Below are positions 28,495-38,496 of a stretch of 64,000 bases of DNA, piece by piece. How positions within the stretch are numbered: position 1 is the stretch's first letter; each line of letters opens with the position of its first letter. The translations under genes were made by a program, and so were the position numbers. The notes beneath the pieces were generated by a model. It was given only the letters and a program-made list of their open reading frames with translations. It was not told the DNA's origin and did not search any database. The stretch covers positions 1,696,001 to 1,760,000 of the forward strand of contig OZ243916.1 in assembly GCA_965213675.1 (NCBI GenBank), written 5' to 3'. Origin of the DNA: an uncultured Candidatus Binatia bacterium (GTDB lineage Bacteria > Desulfobacterota > Binatia > UBA9968 > JAJDTQ01).

Positions 28495-28591
28495 CCTGGA
28501 TTCCCGCCGGCGATCAGGTCGAGGGTAAACCCCCGATCGGGTCGAGGGTAAACTTTTGCGGGAATGACATTTGTGCGCTGTGGGAATGACG
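28495..28591. repeat. Half copy of the REP/RPE-like repeat with duplicated internal unit
   Basis: CCTGGATTCCCGC...GATCAGGTCGAGGGTAAAC-CCCCGATCGGGTCGAGGGTAAAC-TTTTGCGGGAATGAC...GGGAATGACG. Confidence 0.65.
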
Positions 28592-28735
28592 AAAGACGCG
28601 AACCGGGAAGGACGAAGGAGCAAGCGGACTCTGGAGTGTACAGGGGTGGGCAGGAAAGACTCTTGCGTTTCCCAGGGTTGTGCGCTATTCACGCGGTCAG
28701 CAATTTGTATTCCAAGCCGTCGTGTCTTGCCCAAC

Positions 28736-29758
28736 ATGTCCGTCTTCAAGATCATATGGATCGCGGTCGTAGGGATCGCGGCACTCGCGTTGCTCCTGGC
28801 TTCGCCCGGGATTGCGTCCCAACGGGTCGCCCTGGTCATCGGCAACAGCGACTACACGCGCATTGCCGCGCTCGACAGTCCGGTGAACGACGCGCATTTG
28901 ATGACGGCGGCCCTCCGAAGAGTCGGCTTCGACGTCATCGACGGGACCGACATGACCAAGGGCGCGATGGAGTCGGCCATCATCGACTTCGGCCGGCGCC
29001 TGCGCGGGGCGGGACCTCACGCCCAAGGGCTGTTCTACTATTCCGGACACGGAGTTCAGTCGCGCGGGGTCAACTATCTAATTCCGCTGGATGCGCCCAT
29101 CACCGAGGAGAGCCACCTGGCGATCAAGGCGGTGCCCGCGTGGTGGGTGCTGGACCAGATGGACGACGCGCAGAACCGGCTGAACCTCGTGGTGCTCGAT
29201 GCCTGCCGCAACAACCCCTTCAAGGCCGGCAGGGACAAGAACCCCATTGGCCGGGGCGGGTTGCAGGTGGTCGACGCGCCCACCGGCACCTTGATCGCCT
29301 ACGCCGCGGCGCCGGGCAGAGTCGCCTTTGACGGACGCGGGGTGAATTCCATCTACTCCCCATTTACCCAGGCTTTGGTCGAGGCCATGGAACTTCCAGG
29401 TCTGCAAGTCGAAGATGTCCTGAAGCGCGTGCGAAAGACCGTGCGTACAAGGACCGAAAACCGCCAGCAGCCGTGGTGGGCAAGCTCGCTGGAGGGGCGT
29501 TTCACGTTCCGCGGCCAGTCTTCCGATGGAGTCCCGGATGCTGTGGAGTCCGCTGCGGCGACGCCGGTCCTCCCTGATACAAGGGCGCGGAGCCGGGGTT
29601 TCGTCAAGCCATTGGTCCTCGACGACACCGACAGCCGGTTGTGGCTGAGGGTCAAGGGAAGCTGCGTCCTCGTGGACGAGTACTACAAGCGCTATCCCAA
29701 CGGCCGGCACATCTCGGAGTACTGGGAAAGAAGACGCGAGTGCGCCGCCGCGCCCTGA
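28736..29758 (+). CDS. Caspase-like (peptidase C14) protein with signal peptide
   Basis: RVALVIGNSDY, YYSGHG and LDACRNNP catalytic His/Cys, NSIYSPFTQAL, QQPW; hydrophobic N-terminus. Confidence 0.88.
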   Translation: MSVFKIIWIAVVGIAALALLLASPGIASQRVALVIGNSDYTRIAALDSPVNDAHLMTAALRRVGFDVIDGTDMTKGAMESAIIDFGRRLRGAGPHAQGLFYYSGHGVQSRGVNYLIPLDAPITEESHLAIKAVPAWWVLDQMDDAQNRLNLVVLDACRNNPFKAGRDKNPIGRGGLQVVDAPTGTLIAYAAAPGRVAFDGRGVNSIYSPFTQALVEAMELPGLQVEDVLKRVRKTVRTRTENRQQPWWASSLEGRFTFRGQSSDGVPDAVESAAATPVLPDTRARSRGFVKPLVLDDTDSRLWLRVKGSCVLVDEYYKRYPNGRHISEYWERRRECAAAP

Positions 29759-29829
29759 TGTCCCCGACCCTCCACCCCCTCTTCATCACGTCGTTCCACC
29801 TCATCACTTCGTTGCACTCGCCCGGCGGT

Positions 29830-31795
29830 TCAGTGCAGCACCACCGCCAGCAATTCCCGCGGCACGCGGTTGACCATGACGGCGGCGGCCTCTTCGGTCG
29901 CTTCGGTCACCGGAACGATGGCGCACTGGCCGCTGCCGCCCCCGTTTCCATCCTGTCCAAACCGCCCCGCGTTGCCCTCGTTGCCGCCGGCGCCCCGTTC
30001 AGGCCGGTTCGTGAAAGGGTCGTTCGCGATATGTTCGTCCAGCTCCGGGATTTCCCCGGGCGCCCCGGGGCCTCCGGGGGCTCCGTCACGACCGCCGGCG
30101 CCGCCTTGGCCGCCCGCACAGTCGAGCACGACGGCGGTCTCGAGTTCACGGGTGGCGAGTATCACCGTGATGTTCCCACCCTGGCCGCCATCGCCGCCAT
30201 TGCCCCCTTCGCCGCCGTCACCCCCGTCCCCGCCATCGCCGGAGAAGTAGCCGTTGCCGCCCGTCCCGCCCCGGCCGCCGGCGCCGCCATCACCCCCATT
30301 GCCGCCGTCACCGCCCCGGCTGGAGATGGTAAGGGGCGCGCCGTGGAGACGGCGGATGTAATACGCGGGCGGCTCCCCGGGGGCGCGCACCTCCAACAGC
30401 ACCAACCGTTCCAACGGCGTCGAGCGTGCGCACCTCGCGGGCCACCACCCGGAGGTCCGGTCCGTAACCGCCATGCGTCCCGTGCTGGCCGAAACCGCCG
30501 CGCCCGCCGGACCGGCCGTCGCCGGCGCGACCGAACATGCGGCCGTTGTCGCGCCCGCGCGCCCCGTCGCGGCCGTTCCGTCCGGGGCTGCCGTCCCGGC
30601 CCGGCCTCCCCGTGAAAGACAGCACGTCCTGCTTCATGAGCGGGACGAGACCGAGAAAGTCGGCGGCGTACCGTTGCCGGATCGACAAGGCGCCCGCACC
30701 GGACGCATCCCGGTATTCCACCGAAACGACGAGCGAGCGGCCGATGAGCGTCCTGGGCTTGGCGAAGCGCACCGTATGAGTCCTGGGCTCGTAGACCCCG
30801 TTCTCCACCCGAACCACCAACCGCGACGGGGGCAGCGGGTACGTGTTGTCGAGGTGCGATCCTCGTCCTTCGCGACCCAGGACCCAGGTCCTTCCGGCGG
30901 CATCCTTCACCCTCAGGTCCAGTCTGGCGCTTTCGCCCGGTATGATCGTTCGGACGCCGGCCAGCGGCCCGGCGAACTCCATGGACGAGACCGCATCGCC
31001 ATCCGGCCCGCGCCAGATGGCGGCATCGTTGTCGAAGCGGAGAACCCGCGACGGGCCGCCGTCGCCGTATTCGATGGTTGCGCCGAACGGCGCTTCGCTG
31101 TCCGGAACCGCCGCGATCAGCGTCGTCCAGTCGTTGCCGGCGCTGGCGAGATGGGTCAGCCCGACCGTGAGCCGCGAGCGCGGGATGGGGAAATCGGCGT
31201 TGCCCGGCGCGAAGTTCCGCCCCTCGCGGTCTCGTGCGGTGATGGCGAGCCGGTACCGTTCGCCCGGAATGAGCGCGGCGCCCGGGGGGATCTCGTGCTC
31301 CGTGTCCCGATGCTGCCACAGAAGCCGGACGCGGAACTCCGTCACGTCGTCCGGCGCCGGCCCCTCGATGCGAGCGAAGTCGGGACGGTAACGCTGGACC
31401 GCCTGTATTTCCGGCGCGGTCTTGAGGGAGACGGCGATCTCGTAACCGGCTTCCGGAATTCGCCGGCGGTCCGCGCTGAGGTGAACCTCTCCCGTGCCGG
31501 GATCATAGTCCCCCCCTTGTACGGCAACCAGGAAATCCGCGGCGTTCTCGAGGCGGCGCTCCGTGCCCTCGCTGTCGGTGACAGTGATGTCACCCATGGA
31601 CAGGGTGGAGCCCGGCAACACCAGCGCACCTTCGGCCGGAGCCGCTCGCAGATGAAAGGTCAACGCCGCCGGGGGGACCTCGGGGACGGCGCAACCCGCG
31701 AGGAGCCAGAACGCCCACAGGCACATCGGCGGAAGGAGCGCCGGCAGCAGGGCCCGGTGCGGCCGGGAAGAGTTCGAGAGGTTCGAGGGCGCCAT
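29830..31795 (-). pseudogene. Large lipoprotein with collagen-like Gly-X-Y repeats, split by a 1-nt frameshift (or sequencing error)
   Basis: Lipobox LAGC. Gly-X-Y runs occur in both ORF 30308-31840 and ORF 29830-30474. Removing one T near 30412 joins them as ...RTLDAVERLVLLEVRAP... Confidence 0.65.
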
Positions 31796-31988
31796 CACTG
31801 GAAATGCAGTCATAGCGCAGCAGTGGCCGGCCCGCCACAACCGCGTTGCCCGAGCACGGATCGGGGTCTCCGCGGACGGCCTCGATACGCCCGGAAACCC
31901 GCCGTTGACGCATCCGAACCGGTTTTGCTATACCCCTCGCAAACGCAAGGAATTTGCGTGCCTCTCGCCAACAAAAAGGGGATTCCCA

Positions 31989-33602
31989 GTGCCCGAATAT
32001 GATGTTCTCGTGATCGGAGGAGGCGCGGCCGGCCTGCGCGCGGCCATCGCCGCCAGGCGAGCCGGAGCGTCGGTGGCGTTACTGAGCAAGGTCCACCCGT
32101 TGCGTACGAACTCGGCGTTGTCGCCTGGAGGCATCAACGCGCCGCTGGGCAGTGACGATTCGGTGCAGAAGTTCGCCGGCGACATCACCAAAGCGGGCGA
32201 CGGTCTGTGCAGCCCGGAGGTTGTGAACATCCTGGCGGCGGAAGCCGCACGCGAGGTGGTGTGGCTCGAGCGCGTCGGCGTTCCCTTCAACCGCGACGCG
32301 GACGGGCGCATCGACCGCCGCGCATTGGGTTCGGGCAGCGTGGCGCGCGCCGCCTACGCGGACGACCGCACCGGCCACATGGTGCTGCATGTGCTTCACG
32401 AGCAGTTCCAGCGCCATGACATCCCCTGCTTCAAGGAATGGTTCGTCACCTCGCTGATTCAGGACGCCGGCGCGTGCACCGGCGCGGTGGCGTTGGACCA
32501 CCGCAGCGGGAAAATCGAGACCTTCAGCGCCGGCGCCGTGGTCCTGGCTACCGGCGGCTTCCTTCAGGCGTACCGCCCGTGCACGGCGGCCGTGGGCACC
32601 ACCGGCGACGGACTCGCGCTCGGCTACGCCATGGGCGTGGGACTCGCCGACATGGAGATGGTGCAGTTCCATCCCACGGTGTACAGCACGGCCCGGACCG
32701 CGCTGATCAGCGAGGCCGCCCTGAGCGCAGGGGCGCGCCTGGTGAACGCCGCCGGCGATACCGTGGTGGAACCCGCGGGGCTCTCCCGGGCGCAACTCGC
32801 GGCCGCGGTGGAGGAGGCGGGCCGCAACGGCGGCGGTCCGGTATCGCTGGACCTGCGCCCGGTGGAAGACCTCACGTCCCGCTTTCCGGGCACGGCCGAA
32901 GTGGTCCGGCTCATGGCCAGACTCGACATCGCTCAGGCTCCCGTCCCGGTGCAGCCGGTGGCGCACCGCGCCATGGGCGGGCTCGACACCAGCGCTTCCG
33001 GGGAAACCTCGGTGGCGGGGCTCTTCGCGGTCGGCGAATGCGCCCACAACGGCGTTCACGGCGCGGGACGACTGCCGGGCAACACGCTCACGGAGGCGGT
33101 GGTGTTCGGCAAGCGCGTCGGCGAAGCGGCCGCGGCCCACGCCAAGTCCGCGGGCGCCCGGAGCGCGTCCACGGATCAGGCGGCGCGGGACGGCGAACGG
33201 CTGGCGGAAATCACCTCCGGGGGCCCGTCGGATGACACCTTGGGAGCCATTCATCGCGAACTCGGCGAGGTGATGCACGCGAACCTCGGGGTGACGCGCA
33301 CGGACGCCGGTTTGAACGAAGCTCAAGAAGCGATCCGCACGTTGCGGGAACGGCACGGAAGGCTCCGTGTCGGCAATCAGTCGCGTATCTTCAACCATGC
33401 GCTGACGAGCCATATCGAGTTGGGGAACATGCTGGCGCTGGCCGAAGCGGTGGCGTTGGCGGCGCGCAGCCGCACCGAGAGCCGGGGGGCGCATCTCCGG
33501 AGTGATTTCCCCGAGCGTGACGACACCAGTTGGAAGGCGCATACCGTGGTGCAACTACAGGACGGCGCGCCCAAGCTCGACCGAAAAGCCGTAACCGCAT
33601 AA
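31989..33602 (+). CDS. Succinate dehydrogenase/fumarate reductase flavoprotein-like subunit (divergent; no covalent-FAD His)
   Basis: IGGGAAGLRAA, DRTGH, LATGG, QFHPT, HRAMGG, HGAGRLPGN, RTESRGAH; RTNSALSPGG in place of RSHT..AQGG. Confidence 0.85.
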   Translation: MPEYDVLVIGGGAAGLRAAIAARRAGASVALLSKVHPLRTNSALSPGGINAPLGSDDSVQKFAGDITKAGDGLCSPEVVNILAAEAAREVVWLERVGVPFNRDADGRIDRRALGSGSVARAAYADDRTGHMVLHVLHEQFQRHDIPCFKEWFVTSLIQDAGACTGAVALDHRSGKIETFSAGAVVLATGGFLQAYRPCTAAVGTTGDGLALGYAMGVGLADMEMVQFHPTVYSTARTALISEAALSAGARLVNAAGDTVVEPAGLSRAQLAAAVEEAGRNGGGPVSLDLRPVEDLTSRFPGTAEVVRLMARLDIAQAPVPVQPVAHRAMGGLDTSASGETSVAGLFAVGECAHNGVHGAGRLPGNTLTEAVVFGKRVGEAAAAHAKSAGARSASTDQAARDGERLAEITSGGPSDDTLGAIHRELGEVMHANLGVTRTDAGLNEAQEAIRTLRERHGRLRVGNQSRIFNHALTSHIELGNMLALAEAVALAARSRTESRGAHLRSDFPERDDTSWKAHTVVQLQDGAPKLDRKAVTA

Positions 33603-33678
33603 GGACCGGCACCGCCTGCCCTGTCCCGTGCCACACACAGGGGAAAGGGACGGCGCGACGTACCGGCAAGGAGGGACC

Positions 33679-34635
33679 ATGGAAGTCACCTACAAGGTTC
33701 ACCGCGAAGACGCCGGGAACGGCGGCCAATCCAGCTACTCCACCTACCAGGTCGAGCTGCCCGAGGACGCCACCGTGCTGGACGGGCTGCAGAAGATCCG
33801 GGACGAGCAGGATGACACCCTGGCCTTCCGGGCCTCCTGTTGCCAGGGCACCTGCGGCGAGTGCGCGGTGCGGATCAACTACAAGGCCCAGTTCACCTGC
33901 ACCACCCGGATCGCCGACGTCACCAAAAAGGGTCCGGAAATCCTGTGCGCGCCGGTGCGCAACATCCCGGTGATCAAGGACCTGGTGTTCGACATGGACA
34001 GGTTCACTTGGGACAAGATGGCCGCCATGAAGCCATGGATGGAGCCGGACGACGAGTTCGCGCCGACGGAGAACCTGGTTACCGAGTCGGAGATGGCGGA
34101 AGTGCGCAAGACCATGAGCTGCTACCAGTGCGGCCTGTGCGACGAGGGCTGCGCGGTGCTGCCGGTGGACTTCGACTTCCTGGGACCCGGGGCCATGGTC
34201 AAGGGCTACCGCTTCGTCATGGACCCGCGGGAGACGGGCGCCCGGACGGAAGAGCGGCTGGAGCTGGTGGAGCAGCCCAAGGGCCTGTGGGACTGCGTTC
34301 ACTGCTATGAGGCCAACGGCAAGTGTGCGCGCGGACTGGCGCCGTCGACCAAGATCATGGAGATGCGCGACGTCTCCTTCAAGCACGGCATCAAGAACGA
34401 AAAGGTCGCGCGCCATCACCAAAGCTTCATCAACTCGGTGAAGCAGACCGGCTGGCTCGACGAGCGCAAGCTGGTCATGGAGACCGAGGGCCTGACCAAT
34501 ATCGGCGGCCTGATGAAGCTCTTGCCCACCGCGGTGCGCGCGATGACACACGGCAAGATGCCCGGCCGGCACGAGAAGCGCCCCGGGGCCGATCAGATCA
34601 AGCGCATCATCGAGAAAGCGGAGGAATCCAAGTGA
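33679..34635 (+). CDS. sdhB: Succinate dehydrogenase/fumarate reductase iron-sulfur subunit (long form)
   Basis: SCCQGTCGEC, CYQCGLCDEGC, CVHCYEANGKC; C-terminal extension typical of CCG-anchored enzymes. Confidence 0.85.
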   Translation: MEVTYKVHREDAGNGGQSSYSTYQVELPEDATVLDGLQKIRDEQDDTLAFRASCCQGTCGECAVRINYKAQFTCTTRIADVTKKGPEILCAPVRNIPVIKDLVFDMDRFTWDKMAAMKPWMEPDDEFAPTENLVTESEMAEVRKTMSCYQCGLCDEGCAVLPVDFDFLGPGAMVKGYRFVMDPRETGARTEERLELVEQPKGLWDCVHCYEANGKCARGLAPSTKIMEMRDVSFKHGIKNEKVARHHQSFINSVKQTGWLDERKLVMETEGLTNIGGLMKLLPTAVRAMTHGKMPGRHEKRPGADQIKRIIEKAEESK

Positions 34636-35510
34636 AATACGCGTTCTACCCCGGATGTGTGGCCAAGGGCGGATGCCCCGAACTCTACACTGCCGCCGTC
34701 AAGGTCGCCGGCAAGCTGGATATCGAGCTCGATGAAATGACCGACGTGGCGTGCACGGGCGCGGGCTGCATGCCGACGCACCTGTCGGACCCCATCAACG
34801 CGCGTACCTTCGCCAAGGCCGAGCAGATGGGGTTGCCCATCATGACCATCTGCAGCACCTGCCAGGGCGTTTTCAGCCAGGCCAACCACCGCCTGCAGGA
34901 CTCCGACTACCGCGAGGAGATCAACCGCGAGTACCTGGCGGAGGAAGGACTGTCCTACCAGGGCACCACCGAGGTCAAGCATCTGCTGTGGGTGCTGTTC
35001 GAGGACCTGGGGATCGAGAAGCTGAAGTCACTGATCGAGCGCCCGCTGGATGGTCTCAAGGTCTCGCCGTTCTATGGCTGTTTCCTGCGCCGGCCCGGCC
35101 CCATCATGGTGCCGACCAAGGAAGTGGGCGGACGCCGCGGTTACCTGGAGGATCTCACCCGCCTGTTGGGGGCCGAGAACGTGGACATCAGCGGCAAGAC
35201 CAAGTGCTGCGGCTTCCCGGTTCTCACCGCCAACGAGGAAAGCTCCCTCGGTATGGTGGCCAAACACGCCGGCGAATCGAAACAGAACGGCGCTGACTGC
35301 ATGGTGACCCCGTGTCCGCTGTGTCACCTGAACCTCGACGGCAACCAGCCCAGGGCCGAAAACCTGAAGGGGGAGAAGATCAACCTTCCCATCGTTCATC
35401 TGCCGCAACTTCTCGGGCTGGCGCTGGGTTTCGATGCCGACGAGATGCAGCTCGGCAAGCATATCGTGTCCACCAAGGCGGTCAACGACAAGGTGGACAT
35501 GCTGACGTAG
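34632..35510 (+). CDS. CCG-domain (HdrB-like) anchor subunit
   Basis: YAFYPGC, ACTGAG, TICSTC, PFYGC, KCCGFP, TPCPLCHLNLD, HLPQLLGLALG; GTG overlaps the sdhB stop. Confidence 0.88.
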   Translation: MKYAFYPGCVAKGGCPELYTAAVKVAGKLDIELDEMTDVACTGAGCMPTHLSDPINARTFAKAEQMGLPIMTICSTCQGVFSQANHRLQDSDYREEINREYLAEEGLSYQGTTEVKHLLWVLFEDLGIEKLKSLIERPLDGLKVSPFYGCFLRRPGPIMVPTKEVGGRRGYLEDLTRLLGAENVDISGKTKCCGFPVLTANEESSLGMVAKHAGESKQNGADCMVTPCPLCHLNLDGNQPRAENLKGEKINLPIVHLPQLLGLALGFDADEMQLGKHIVSTKAVNDKVDMLT

Positions 35511-35619
35511 GGGACAACCGTTCTTCGGCTTCGCTTCACGGGTGTCCCTTCGACTTTGCCCCGCGAATCTGTCCTGAGCCCGCCGGAAAGGACGAACGGA
35601 TTTTCAGACACATCAGCCG

Positions 35620-35823
35620 ATGGGCGACCACGACTACAAGCCCAATGCCGTCAACCTGGCGCGGGAGCTGTTCAAGTTCCGCAAGTCGCAGCGTCCTTTC
35701 GGCTTCTACTACGCCGTCAAGGTCCGTCTCGGTCACGCGTGGGTCGAAGACGAGACCGCGTTGACGGAGATCCTGTCCGGCATCGAAGAGCTGGGCTACG
35801 AGGTGGTCCGGAAGCGGCAGTAG
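35620..35823 (+). CDS. Small hypothetical protein (67 aa)
   Basis: Strong GC3 codon bias, lies between the two complex II clusters; no motif recognised. Confidence 0.55.
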   Translation: MGDHDYKPNAVNLARELFKFRKSQRPFGFYYAVKVRLGHAWVEDETALTEILSGIEELGYEVVRKRQ

Positions 35824-35938
35824 GAAGCAGCGGCTTGACGGGACGTAACCTCCGTGCGTGGCGCGTGACCTCCACTCCGGGGCGCGCCGCCCGAATTCCA
35901 CGAATTACACACCAAAGGAGTGCGAAGAGCGCCGAATC

Positions 35939-36694
35939 ATGAGCACCGTAGCAATCGACAAAAGAACCCTCCGGCAGGATACCTGGTGGCTCGAACCCAT
36001 GCTGGTCGTGTTGGGGCTGGGCTGCTTCGGCATCTATTCCACGTGGGCCGCGTTGCAGAACGCCAACTACTTCGCGGACCCGTACCTCTCGCCGTTCTAC
36101 TCGCCGTGTCTCGCCATCAATTGCGAGCACGTGAGCGTGCCGCTGTTCGGCTCGTGGTTCAACTGGTCCCCGGCGATCCTGATCCTGTGGATACCGGGGG
36201 GCTTCCGGCTCACCTGCTACTACTACCGCAAGGCCTACTACCGGTCGTTCTTCTGGTCGCCGCCGGCGTGCGCGGTGCGGGACGCCGCCAGCAGTTACTC
36301 CGGGGAGACAAGGTTCCCCTTCATCCTGCAAAACATCCATCGCTACTTCTTCTGGATGTCGCTGCCCATCCTGGCGTTCCTTTGGTGGGACGCCATCATC
36401 GCCTTCAACTTCGGCGGCAGCTTCGGCATCGGCGTGGGCACCCTGGTGCTGATCGCCAACGCCTCGCTGCTGTCGCTCTACAGCTTCTCCTGCCACTCCT
36501 GCCGCCACCTGTGCGGCGGCGGGCTCAACAGCTTCAAGGGCGCGCCCGCGCGCTACAAGACCTGGAGCATCGTCACCAAGCTGAACGAGAAGCACATGCA
36601 GATCGCCTGGGTCAGCCTCGTGTGGGTGGGCCTCACCGACGTCTACGTCCGGTTGGTGGCGACGGGCGTCATCCATGATCTGAGGTTCCTCTGA
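35939..36694 (+). CDS. Succinate dehydrogenase membrane anchor, mycobacterial Sdh1 (Rv0249c)-like
   Basis: YLSPFYSPC, FRLTCYYYRKAYYRSFFWSPPACAV, YSGETRFP, QNIHRYF, SCHSCRHLCGG. Confidence 0.88.
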   Translation: MSTVAIDKRTLRQDTWWLEPMLVVLGLGCFGIYSTWAALQNANYFADPYLSPFYSPCLAINCEHVSVPLFGSWFNWSPAILILWIPGGFRLTCYYYRKAYYRSFFWSPPACAVRDAASSYSGETRFPFILQNIHRYFFWMSLPILAFLWWDAIIAFNFGGSFGIGVGTLVLIANASLLSLYSFSCHSCRHLCGGGLNSFKGAPARYKTWSIVTKLNEKHMQIAWVSLVWVGLTDVYVRLVATGVIHDLRFL

Positions 36695-38496
36695 TGGCGC
36701 GCGAGAGCTACGAGACCCACGATTACGACGTGGTGGTGGTGGGCGCCGGCGGCGCCGGCCTGCGCGCCGCCATCGAGGCCCACGACAAGGGCGCTCGAAC
36801 CGCCATCATCTGCAAGTCGCTGCTGGGCAAGGCGCACACGGTCATGGCCGAGGGCGGCATCGCCGCGGCCATGGGCAACGTGTGGCCGGAGGACAACTGG
36901 AAGGTCCACTTCCGCGACACCATGCGCGGCGGCAAGCTGCTCAACAACTGGCGCATGGCGCAGATTCACGCCCAGCAGGCGCCCGACCGGGTGCTGGAGC
37001 TGGAGGAGTGGGGGGCGCTGTTCGACCGCACGCCCGAAGGGCTGATCCTGCAACGCGACTTCGGCGGGCACCGCTACGCACGTCTGGCGCACGTGGGCGA
37101 CCGCACCGGACTGGAGATGATCCGCACGCTGCAGCAGCGCGCGGTGGCGCTGGGCATCGACGTCCACATGGAATGCAACATCCAGCACCTGCTCATGAAC
37201 GACGGCCGGGTGAGCGGGGCGGTGGGCTACTGGCGCGAAAGCGGCGCGCTCATCGTGTTCAACTGCAAGTCGGTGGTGCTGGCCACGGGCGGCTCGGGCA
37301 AGTGCTGGCAGGTGACTTCCAACTCGTGGGAGTACAGTGGCGACGGCATGGGCATGGCCATGGAGGTGGGAGCGGACCTCATCGACATGGAGAAGGTGCA
37401 GTTCCACCCCACGGGCATGGTGTGGCCGCCCAGCGTGCGCGGCATCCTGGTGACCGAGGGGGTACGCGGCGACGGCGGCACCCTGCTGAACTCCGCGGGC
37501 GAACGGTTCATGTTCAACTACATCTCCGACTTCTTCAAGGCGGAGACCGCGGACAACGAGACCGAGGCCGACGCCTGGTATCAGGACAAGAAGAACAACC
37601 GGCGCACCCCCGACCTGCTGCCGCGGGACGAGGTGGCCCGGGCCATCAACGCCGAGGTCAAGGCCGGCCGCGGCACCGAGCACGGCGGCGTGTACCTGGA
37701 CATCGCCAACCGCCGGGACGCGGACTATATCATGCGGCGGCTGCCGTCCATGTATCACCAGTTCAAGGAACTCGCGGACGTGGACATCACCAAAGAGGCC
37801 ATGGAGGTGGGGCCCACCTGTCACTACATCATGGGCGGCGTCCGGGTGGACGCCGACACCTCGGCCACCACGGTGGAGGGACTCTACGCCGCGGGGGAGG
37901 TGGCGGGAGGCCTGCACGGCGCCAATCGGTTGGGCGGCAACTCCCTCTCGGACCTGCTGGTGTTCGGGTGCATCGCGGGCGGCTCGGCCGCAGACTACGC
38001 CCTCGGCGCCGCAGCCGCCACCGCGGCGGATCCGGCGGAAGTGGACCGGGTCACGACGCTGATGCTGGAGCCCTTCACCGACCGCGGCGACGAGAATCCC
38101 TACGCCATCCACGGCGACCTCCAGCGCACCATGCACAACCTGGTGGGCATCATCCGCACCGAGAGCGAGATGCTGAAGGCCATGGAGGAGATCGCGGCAT
38201 ACAAGGAACGGGCCGCGCGCGTGAAGGTCGAGGGCGGCCGGCGCTTCAATCCCGGCTGGCACCTGGCGCTGGACTTGAGGTCGCTGCTGGCGGTGGCCGA
38301 GGCCGCGACCCTGTCGGCGCTGGAGTGCAAGGAGAGCCGCGGCGGACACACCCGTGACGACTATCCGGACCCCGATCCCGAATACGGCAGCGTCAACGTG
38401 GTTACGCGCAAGCGGAACGAGACCATTGCGGTCTCCCTCGAGGCCCTGCCGGAGATGCCCGAAGAGCTCAGGAAAATCGTCGAGGAGCAAGTTTGA
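36694..38496 (+). CDS. sdhA: Succinate dehydrogenase/fumarate reductase flavoprotein (Sdh1-like)
   Basis: GAGGAGLRAA, KAHTVMAEGG (covalent-FAD His kept), QFHPT, TEGVRGDGG, PRDEVARAI, HYIMGG, HGANRLGGNSL. Confidence 0.95.
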   Translation: MARESYETHDYDVVVVGAGGAGLRAAIEAHDKGARTAIICKSLLGKAHTVMAEGGIAAAMGNVWPEDNWKVHFRDTMRGGKLLNNWRMAQIHAQQAPDRVLELEEWGALFDRTPEGLILQRDFGGHRYARLAHVGDRTGLEMIRTLQQRAVALGIDVHMECNIQHLLMNDGRVSGAVGYWRESGALIVFNCKSVVLATGGSGKCWQVTSNSWEYSGDGMGMAMEVGADLIDMEKVQFHPTGMVWPPSVRGILVTEGVRGDGGTLLNSAGERFMFNYISDFFKAETADNETEADAWYQDKKNNRRTPDLLPRDEVARAINAEVKAGRGTEHGGVYLDIANRRDADYIMRRLPSMYHQFKELADVDITKEAMEVGPTCHYIMGGVRVDADTSATTVEGLYAAGEVAGGLHGANRLGGNSLSDLLVFGCIAGGSAADYALGAAAATAADPAEVDRVTTLMLEPFTDRGDENPYAIHGDLQRTMHNLVGIIRTESEMLKAMEEIAAYKERAARVKVEGGRRFNPGWHLALDLRSLLAVAEAATLSALECKESRGGHTRDDYPDPDPEYGSVNVVTRKRNETIAVSLEALPEMPEELRKIVEEQV

